The position numbers were made by a program, and so were the translations under genes. The notes under the pieces were generated by a model that was not told the DNA's origin, did no database searches, and saw nothing but the letters and a program-made list of their open reading frames with translations. A stretch of 64,000 bases of DNA, taken from the NCBI GenBank assembly GCA_963766075.1, contig CAVYAN010000048.1, forward strand, positions 52,266-116,265, written 5' to 3'. Source of the DNA: an uncultured cyanobacterium (lineage in GTDB: Bacteria > Cyanobacteriota > Cyanobacteriia > Leptolyngbyales > Leptolyngbyaceae). Shown here piece after piece: positions 57,338 to 64,000 of this stretch (position 1 is the stretch's first letter; every line of letters begins with the position of its first letter).

Positions 57338-60300
57338 CTAACTCGACACCTCCACGGCCTGTATTCTGGCCACCCAGCGAATTGTTTTGCTCGCTTCGCC
57401 CTGCACTACGATCGACAGGGCTCCGTTTGTCGTATCGGCACTAAGCGAGACAGCCCACGGCAAGCCGTTGGCCTGGTTGTCCGCGATCTCCCCTGGTACT
57501 ATTGCCGTCGCCGCCGCGTTAGCACCCCGATAGATTTTGCCGCGCCGCCAGAATGTGGCTTGTTCGGCAATGTTTGTGGTGGAGTGGGCGGAAATGCAGA
57601 TGTCGTAGGCAAAGCTGGAATTATTGTTTAGCAGAATCCTCACGCCAGAGCCGTCTAGCAGCAGGTTAGCAGTCGAGGCGTTGGTGGTGATATTTCGAGC
57701 GATGAGAGTGGAGATTTGAGCATCACCGTTGCTGCTAAATCGCCCAGCGGAAAACGCCTGCTGCCCATACCTCCAAGCAGAAGCCCGCTGCCCTCCCGCG
57801 ACCGCCGAGAAGTCGCCGTTACTGGCATTTTGATAGCCTCCGCAGATCGAAGCAAAAATATTGGCTTGGTTGCCATCGCCTCCGCCAACAAAAGAGTTAT
57901 ACCCCACAGCCGCATTGCTGATCCCACCGCCGACAACGGATAAATTGCCAGCAGTCCGATTGCTTGCGCCGCCGCAAATCACGCTGTTTGGTCCAGCGGC
58001 TACCTGCGTGGCCGCATCCCGCTGGACTTGCAGATCTACCGCTCCCGCCCCTCTAGCGTTGCCCACCACTGTTCCGATTCCAGTTCCGAGGGTTTGGATA
58101 ATCCCTGTGGCGCTGATGCTAAGCCCTGGATTAGATAGGGAGCCGAGGATCGTCATTGCGTTGGACGAATCGACCCGGATTTTTTGAGCACCGTCGCCAC
58201 TGGCAAGGATCAAGTTGTTTGTTAATGCAGGATCCAGACCCGTGACGTTCGCTCCAATAACCGTGTTACCATCGCCTGTTGTCACACCGCCCATTGTGTT
58301 GGCACCAATTGCCACCCAGTTAGAACCAGTCGAAATATTAGGCGCTGAATTTCGGCCAATTGAAATCCAGTTAGAACCAGTCGTGCTAGGTTTGCCTGCA
58401 AACCACCCTAGAGCCACCCAATCGTTTCCGCTAGTATTGTCGGATCCAGCAAAATAGCCTACCGCTGTAAATCGCTGTCCGCTGACGTTACCTGCTGCTG
58501 CTGTAGCCCCAAGCACTACAAATTGCCCCGTTGCATTGGTGTTGGCGTTGGCGGCATTAGCACCGATAGCTATCCAATTCGATGCGGAAACATTGGAAGC
58601 TCCAGTATTTGGACCAATCGCTATCCAAGTGGATCCAGTTTGATTGGCTGCTCCAGCATTCGTCCCGAGCGCTACCCATCCATTGCCAGAGGTGTTTACC
58701 GCGCCAGCCGACAACCCAGCGGCAAACCAGTTCCCTCCTGTGGTGCTGGCTAAGGCGGCATTGTTATTGCCTAGGGCTACCCACCCCGTTCCTGTGGAAC
58801 TAGCAACAGAACCTAATGCCATCGCGCTGGATGTAGCCGTGCGCTGCATGGCTATGCCATTGATGAACGTCCCGGCTACAGTGCTTGGAGTGGCAGCGCC
58901 GATAGTAGTCCCGTTAATTGCACCTCCAGTAACCGCAACGGCGGAAGCATTTTGGGTGCTCAGGGTGCCCAGTCCGGTGATCGTGGTATTGGCCTGCGTC
59001 CCAGTGTGGGTGCTTCTATCCCGCAGTTGGGCATCGGTGCTGTTGGCGGTGGCCCCGGTGGCGATGCCCGCGAGCTTGGTGAAATCAGCGCTGGACATAA
59101 AGCCAGCGGCAGCGCCGGAGGCATTGCTATGTGAGTGCCCACTTGCCGCAAACCCCGCCAAAGCGGCATCCAGACCCGTGATGGTAGAAGTGGCCTGCGA
59201 CCCTGTATGGGTGCTTCTATCCCGCAGTTGAGCATCGGTGCTGTTGGCGGTGGCCCCGGTGGCGATGCCCGCGAGCTTGGTGAAATCAGCGCTGGACATA
59301 AAGCCAGCGGCAGCGCCGGAGGCATTGCTATGTGAGTGCCCACTTGCCGCAAACCCCGCCAAAGCGGCATCCAGACCCGTGATGGTAGAAGTGGCCTGCG
59401 ACCCTGTATGGGTGCTTCTATCCCGCAGTTGAGCATCGGTGCTGTTGGCGGTGGCCCCGGTGGCGATGCCCGCGAGCTTGGTGAAATCAGCGCTGGACAT
59501 AAAGCCAGCGGCAGCGCCGGAGGCATTGCTATGTGAGTGCCCACTTGCCGCAAACCCCGCCAAAGCGGCATCCAGACCCGTGATGGTAGAAGTAGCCTGC
59601 GACCCTGTGTGGGTGCTTCTATCCCGCAGTTGAGCATCAGTGCTGTTGGCGGTGGCCCCGGTGGCGATGCCCGCGAGCTTGGTGAAGTCAACAATCGACA
59701 TGAACCCAGCGGTGGATCCAGAGGCATTACTGTGGGAGTGTCCACTTGCCGCAAACCCCGCTAGGGCGGTATCTAGCCCAGTAATGGTAGAAGTAGCCTG
59801 CGACCCTGTGTGGGTGCTTCTATCCCGCAGTTGAGCATCAGTGCTGTTGGCGGTGGCCCCGGTGGCGATGCCCGCGAGCTTGGTGAAGTCAACAATCGAC
59901 ATGAACCCAGCGGTGGATCCAGAGGCATTACTGTGGGAGTGTCCACTTACCGCAAACCCCGCTAGGGCGGTATCTAGCCCAGTAATGGTGGATGTGGCCT
60001 GCGACCCGGTGTGGGTGGAACGGTCCCTTAACTGAGCATCAGTGCTGTTGGCGGTGGCCCCGGTGGCGATGCCCGCGAGCTTGGAGCGCTCTGCACTGGT
60101 GAATGAGAGAAAAGGCCCAGTCCATGCACTGGAAACATTGAGCCAGTACTCGCCGGAGGTTGAGTTGAAAAACACTCTTCGCCCTGAACTGGGCGAGGCC
60201 ACAGGCGCTTGATTTGAAATTTCAACCTCTGGCAAATCAACCAAGCTGGATAGGTCGATCGTGGTTGTAGAGCCAGAAGCCAGAGTAAAAGTTACGACTT

Positions 60301-61537
60301 GAGTTGAGGGATTGTAAGCAACGCTTTGGAACAAATTTTCAATCGGAGTGTCGATCGTCTGGCTTGATCCGTCTGCCCATGTGAAGGTGAATTGCCCCAG
60401 GCTGCTGTTGTACGAAACGCTGGATGGGCGTGATTGAGCAGCAGGCACTCGTCCTGACGAGTCGAGAGCTGCAACGCCGTTGGCAGCTCCCCTGGCTGAT
60501 GCAGCGATCGCCCCCACATCTGCGGCTACTGCACCAGCCTTGTTGACCTTACCCCAAGCGATCGCCGCATCAGGGGCCACCTTGGCATTGGTCACCGTGC
60601 CATCGGTCGGTGTGCGCGTGTCAGTCAGTCGGGAATCGGTGGATGCTACCGCCCCCACATCTGCGGCTACTGCACCAGCCTTGTTGACCTTACCCCAAGC
60701 GATCGCCGCATCAGGGGCCACCTTGGCATTGGTCACCGTGCCATCGGTCGGTGTGCGCGTGTCAGTCAACCGGGAATCGGTGGATGCTACGGCACCAATT
60801 TGGTCAACTGTGACCTCATGGGGATTGTTCCCATCGGCAATGTGAGCTGCCACCGTTGCCAAGTCTGTGGCGGGAGAATCAAACCAGTTCGTTGTACCCG
60901 TGATCACCTTAATCCGCCCAGCCACCCAGCTCAGGAGTTGATTGAGCGTGCCGGTATTGGTCGGATTGGCCAGCGCCGGGTTGACCGTGAACCGTGGAAT
61001 AAAGCTGTCAGTGGGATTGATTGGGCTGCTGGGGGTTACGTCCCCGGTGCCGCTAATGCTCGGAGCGTACAGCTCAAAGTCATCCAGCTCGCTCAGTAAG
61101 CCCAGCCGGATCGAAAATTTGCAGACAGCCAGCCAGCTTTTGTTCTCAGCGCGGGCGATCGCCACGCTGCTGGTCAACTTTAAGGTGTCCGGCGCTAGCT
61201 CATTGCCCAGCAGGCAAGGCAGCTCGTGCTCTAGATAGACTTCCAGCTCTAAAAGCTTTGCTTCAAGTGTTCCGCGTGGGATTTGGTTGTAGCTGTAATA
61301 AGAGCCAAATTGGTACAGAATTTGAAAAGGGAACGTCGCAGTTACGATGACCGGATGGGGCGAGCTTTGCCCTGGCAACGACCCTTCCCGCGTAAAAGTG
61401 GCTGGCTCATCCAACCCAATGGAGGCGGGCCGCTCGGGGTTGTCTTCGTTCTCGGGCATGTTCACGCCCCATCCGTCGATCCGAATGCGGCTAGCAACAA
61501 GATTTTTCAGCTCTTCGCGGAGTTCAGCGACGTTCAT
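57338..61537 (-). CDS. Phage tail fibre / receptor-binding protein
   Basis: H.AD.NNPH.VT..QIG and ANGVA.LD..G.VP.AQ motifs; 2x47-aa and 5x67-aa repeats with HSH/THT; about 14-aa AIG beta-roll repeats. Confidence 0.8.
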   Translation of the reverse strand: MNVAELREELKNLVASRIRIDGWGVNMPENEDNPERPASIGLDEPATFTREGSLPGQSSPHPVIVTATFPFQILYQFGSYYSYNQIPRGTLEAKLLELEVYLEHELPCLLGNELAPDTLKLTSSVAIARAENKSWLAVCKFSIRLGLLSELDDFELYAPSISGTGDVTPSSPINPTDSFIPRFTVNPALANPTNTGTLNQLLSWVAGRIKVITGTTNWFDSPATDLATVAAHIADGNNPHEVTVDQIGAVASTDSRLTDTRTPTDGTVTNAKVAPDAAIAWGKVNKAGAVAADVGAVASTDSRLTDTRTPTDGTVTNAKVAPDAAIAWGKVNKAGAVAADVGAIAASARGAANGVAALDSSGRVPAAQSRPSSVSYNSSLGQFTFTWADGSSQTIDTPIENLFQSVAYNPSTQVVTFTLASGSTTTIDLSSLVDLPEVEISNQAPVASPSSGRRVFFNSTSGEYWLNVSSAWTGPFLSFTSAERSKLAGIATGATANSTDAQLRDRSTHTGSQATSTITGLDTALAGFAVSGHSHSNASGSTAGFMSIVDFTKLAGIATGATANSTDAQLRDRSTHTGSQATSTITGLDTALAGFAASGHSHSNASGSTAGFMSIVDFTKLAGIATGATANSTDAQLRDRSTHTGSQATSTITGLDAALAGFAASGHSHSNASGAAAGFMSSADFTKLAGIATGATANSTDAQLRDRSTHTGSQATSTITGLDAALAGFAASGHSHSNASGAAAGFMSSADFTKLAGIATGATANSTDAQLRDRSTHTGSQATSTITGLDAALAGFAASGHSHSNASGAAAGFMSSADFTKLAGIATGATANSTDAQLRDRSTHTGTQANTTITGLGTLSTQNASAVAVTGGAINGTTIGAATPSTVAGTFINGIAMQRTATSSAMALGSVASSTGTGWVALGNNNAALASTTGGNWFAAGLSAGAVNTSGNGWVALGTNAGAANQTGSTWIAIGPNTGASNVSASNWIAIGANAANANTNATGQFVVLGATAAAGNVSGQRFTAVGYFAGSDNTSGNDWVALGWFAGKPSTTGSNWISIGRNSAPNISTGSNWVAIGANTMGGVTTGDGNTVIGANVTGLDPALTNNLILASGDGAQKIRVDSSNAMTILGSLSNPGLSISATGIIQTLGTGIGTVVGNARGAGAVDLQVQRDAATQVAAGPNSVICGGASNRTAGNLSVVGGGISNAAVGYNSFVGGGDGNQANIFASICGGYQNASNGDFSAVAGGQRASAWRYGQQAFSAGRFSSNGDAQISTLIARNITTNASTANLLLDGSGVRILLNNNSSFAYDICISAHSTTNIAEQATFWRRGKIYRGANAAATAIVPGEIADNQANGLPWAVSLSADTTNGALSIVVQGEASKTIRWVARIQAVEVSS
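58990..60085 (-). repeat. 201-bp tandem repeats (5 periods, 6 core copies) inside the tail fibre
   Basis: KLAGIATGATANSTDAQLRDRSTHTG core recurs every 201 bp. Confidence 0.9.
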
Positions 61538-61566
61538 GTCTTTCTCTAGAGGGTGGCAGCACTGGC

Positions 61567-61950
61567 TTAGCTGCGGCTCTCAATGTCGGAAAGGTCAGTG
61601 TCGCGAGCCTGTGGCACCGACAGGCTGTTGACTCCCACCATGCCCGCCATGGCTGTAGCAGTAACGCCAATGAGTAACCTCTCCAAAGTTCCCCGACTCT
61701 CCTCGGAAAACTCGTATTTACTGAGGAGAGTGGCCCCAAGAGCGACGATGGCGAAGATTTGCAGCCAGCGCTGCTGGGTTCGGAGCAGGGCGGTCTGAGC
61801 GCGATCGCTCTTCTGAATCTGCCGGACCTCAGAAGTCAGCAGAACTAAATCGCCGGTAATTTTTTCCAGTTCGGATTTGTCCACGGTTCCTCGTTGGTTT
61901 TTGGGGTTGCAAGACGTGATCGGGAGAAATTGACTTTTGGGCGCAAACAT
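61567..61950 (-). CDS. Small membrane protein, holin-like
   Basis: Coiled coil followed by two hydrophobic segments. Confidence 0.45.
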   Translation of the reverse strand: MFAPKSQFLPITSCNPKNQRGTVDKSELEKITGDLVLLTSEVRQIQKSDRAQTALLRTQQRWLQIFAIVALGATLLSKYEFSEESRGTLERLLIGVTATAMAGMVGVNSLSVPQARDTDLSDIESRS

Positions 61951-62563
61951 TCAGGCATTTAAGCCAGTCTGTATTTGTCACGATCGCATCCCAGTTGGGC
62001 TGTCCGTCCGTCGCTTTTAGTGTCTGTAGAGCGACGATTTTGGTACATTGGATTGCATAGCGATCGCCTGCGATTGCGCCCAGAACACCTTGGAAATCAG
62101 CAACAAAACAGTGAACAATCCGAACGTCTCGTTTAGGATTAACCCCATGCTCTGCTGGACTAATTGGCAACCAAGCCAGGATCCACAGATGTGAACCATC
62201 AACCTGCCTCTGGCCTTCAAGCTGTAGCGAAAGTTGTCTGGAGATATTTGAGCGATCGCGCTCAGATCGGACGTTAATCTGTCCGCCAGCAAGCAGCTCG
62301 GACTGTGCCTGTTTATAAGCAGAGAGGTTGACGACGAAGATCGCGAGGTCTGGCAAAAATTCTTGGGACTTGAGGCGGCAGTATCGCCATACTTCGATGC
62401 ATCCAGGGATGCGATCGTAGTATCGGATTCGGTGCAAAACTGCTCTTTTCCCATAAAAACTCTCGTGAATTTCAATCGTGTCAACGCCCGCATTGCCCGA
62501 TATAAAATTTCGGAAACTGGTGAGCAATTCGCCCAGCCAGACCCGTAAACCAATCTGTCCCAT
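61829..62563 (-). CDS. Hypothetical protein
   Basis: Longest ORF in the interval, co-oriented with neighbours. Confidence 0.45.
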   Translation of the reverse strand: MGQIGLRVWLGELLTSFRNFISGNAGVDTIEIHESFYGKRAVLHRIRYYDRIPGCIEVWRYCRLKSQEFLPDLAIFVVNLSAYKQAQSELLAGGQINVRSERDRSNISRQLSLQLEGQRQVDGSHLWILAWLPISPAEHGVNPKRDVRIVHCFVADFQGVLGAIAGDRYAIQCTKIVALQTLKATDGQPNWDAIVTNTDWLKCLNVCAQKSISPDHVLQPQKPTRNRGQIRTGKNYRRFSSADF

Positions 62564-62632
62564 TACGTTTTTTTATAGGCGTATCCGTAGTGTTCCCCAG
62601 GATTCAAACCCATCCACCCTCTAGAGAAAACC

Positions 62633-63097
62633 ATGGTTAAGACAGTTCAGTTCCCCGCGTGGCTCAAGGGCGCTAGTCTGGTCCTTCATGAACCCACGTC
62701 CACCTTCTTCCAGCCCCAGCCTGGGGCAAAGCGCGATCCTGAAGACCAGCAGATCTACCTGAGAGATTCCAACGAAGACTTGTACCCGCTCCGTGAGTGC
62801 GCGGAAGTTCGCACCGATCGCCTGAAGCGCGGGCCTTACTGGCTGGTCCTGGAGGGGAAAGGCCCGCTGGTGGTCAATTTTCAGGGCGAGTTTTTGGAAG
62901 TGCGGGGTGGGAAGCTTGTGGCGAGGGTGTCCCTGTTGCCGGAGACGGATATAGAGCCTCCAGTGCAGTATGAGCATGATGCGGCACTGGAGGGTGCCAA
63001 GGGCTTGGCCCAGTTCTTCAACGGGGTGGTGTTCACCCTGGACGATGCAGCGATCGCACCCCATCTAACGCGGGTGGTAGGAGATGCCGATCAATAA
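62633..63097 (+). CDS. Hypothetical protein
   Basis: 154-aa ORF with GC-rich third codon positions. Confidence 0.55.
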   Translation: MVKTVQFPAWLKGASLVLHEPTSTFFQPQPGAKRDPEDQQIYLRDSNEDLYPLRECAEVRTDRLKRGPYWLVLEGKGPLVVNFQGEFLEVRGGKLVARVSLLPETDIEPPVQYEHDAALEGAKGLAQFFNGVVFTLDDAAIAPHLTRVVGDADQ

Positions 63098-63994
63098 GGG
63101 ATTAGAGCTTTCCATTTGGATGGGAAAAACGGGGACTTCCATCCTCTTAGACGCGCCAGTAACTAGGTTCAAAGACTTCACAACAGCCTTAGATTTATTT
63201 CTGAATTTAGTCAAATCAGGAACATTTTCTACTTCGTATAGGTTGTTTCCTACCAGATTCCAGTAGGAAGACGCGATGTCACAATAACTGGAATTGAGGT
63301 AGTCAAACACTCCTGTTGGACCTGAAATGGTGAACCCGTTGATCCGCGATCGCGAAGATGTAAAGGTTTCGTCAATCAACGTTTTTACTTCTCTTTTGCC
63401 CTCTGGGCCTACAAAAAATATCCTTTTTATTAGAGTCGTGGCGCTGTAAATGCCGTATCCCCCTAATATTGTGAACTCTTCATAGACGGCGCTTTTGCCG
63501 TCTGTTGAGGAAATTAAGGGCACAATCGTTCTAGTAGTTTTTCTATTCACATAGGCTGGAGGAGGCAAAGTGGGCTGCGAGTGCGGCCACGATCCAAAAT
63601 CTTCTAAGAATTGGAAGCTCAACTGAGAGGTTTCAAACTCTGGCCCATTAGGTTTAACAACAACTGGCAGGGTCGAATTAGTGGATGTAGCAGTGATCAT
63701 TGAATCGTTTCCGCCGTATACCACTTTGCTCCGCATGAAGTGTGAGTAGGTCCACGAACCGGCAGGAGCGTACTTTAGTTCGTCCTCCCAAACATAGGCA
63801 GCAACAGGAGTAAAGTTCCAATTGCCATTACTACTCGCGGATGACCCCGACGCATCTTCGGTGTAAGTCGTTGAACTGCCGCCGCCGCCAGGGAAAGGCC
63901 CGTTATAAGATGCCGAGTACGGGCCGGTCGTAATTATGCCAGGTGGGGAGCTACTGGAAAAGCCCTCCATTAGTTCTTGATTGGCGGTATTCAA
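63065..63994 (-). CDS. Hypothetical, possibly structural protein (may start outside the window)
   Basis: S/T/G-rich 309-aa ORF. Confidence 0.55.
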   Translation of the reverse strand: MNTANQELMEGFSSSSPPGIITTGPYSASYNGPFPGGGGSSTTYTEDASGSSASSNGNWNFTPVAAYVWEDELKYAPAGSWTYSHFMRSKVVYGGNDSMITATSTNSTLPVVVKPNGPEFETSQLSFQFLEDFGSWPHSQPTLPPPAYVNRKTTRTIVPLISSTDGKSAVYEEFTILGGYGIYSATTLIKRIFFVGPEGKREVKTLIDETFTSSRSRINGFTISGPTGVFDYLNSSYCDIASSYWNLVGNNLYEVENVPDLTKFRNKSKAVVKSLNLVTGASKRMEVPVFPIQMESSNPLLIGISYHPR

Positions 63995-64000
63995 ATGGTT

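Noticed and set aside
58644..60845. Repeated + strand ORFs opposite the tail fibre
   Set aside because: Antisense shadows of the 201-bp and 141-bp coding repeats

Overview
This window looks like part of a large cyanobacterial phage or phage-plasmid genome: the HIP1 octamer GCGATCGC occurs throughout. The left end (- strand) holds the N-terminus of a terminase large subunit that is absent from the ORF track, plus a TerS-like HTH protein and an HNH protein. Next come HU, a Cre-like tyrosine recombinase with an adjacent lox-like site, and an XRE regulator. A long co-oriented + strand run of small accessory genes (about 13-56 kb) contains a stand-alone Csx3/Crn3-like ring nuclease, RadC, a CysH/PAPS-reductase-family protein, three DNA methyltransferase domains, a DarB-like methylase/SNF2 helicase split into three pieces, a vWA protein and a Rep-like protein. 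The right end carries a repeat-rich tail fibre and a holin-like gene. The main discovery is a stripped-down type I-E-derived Cascade operon (short cas8e, cas6e, cas7e, short cas5e; no cas11, cas3, cas1 or cas2 in the window). It is followed with no leader by about 39 highly degenerate I-E-like hairpin repeats in four blocks (31996-37176). Protein-coding genes lie between the blocks, spacer lengths vary, and some spacers are diverged duplicates. Several other unexplained repeat systems are present, including a dispersed 14-19 bp motif, 31-bp iteron-like repeats and palindromic operator arrays. All family calls come from motif recognition by eye and all counts were made by hand; no database searches were run.
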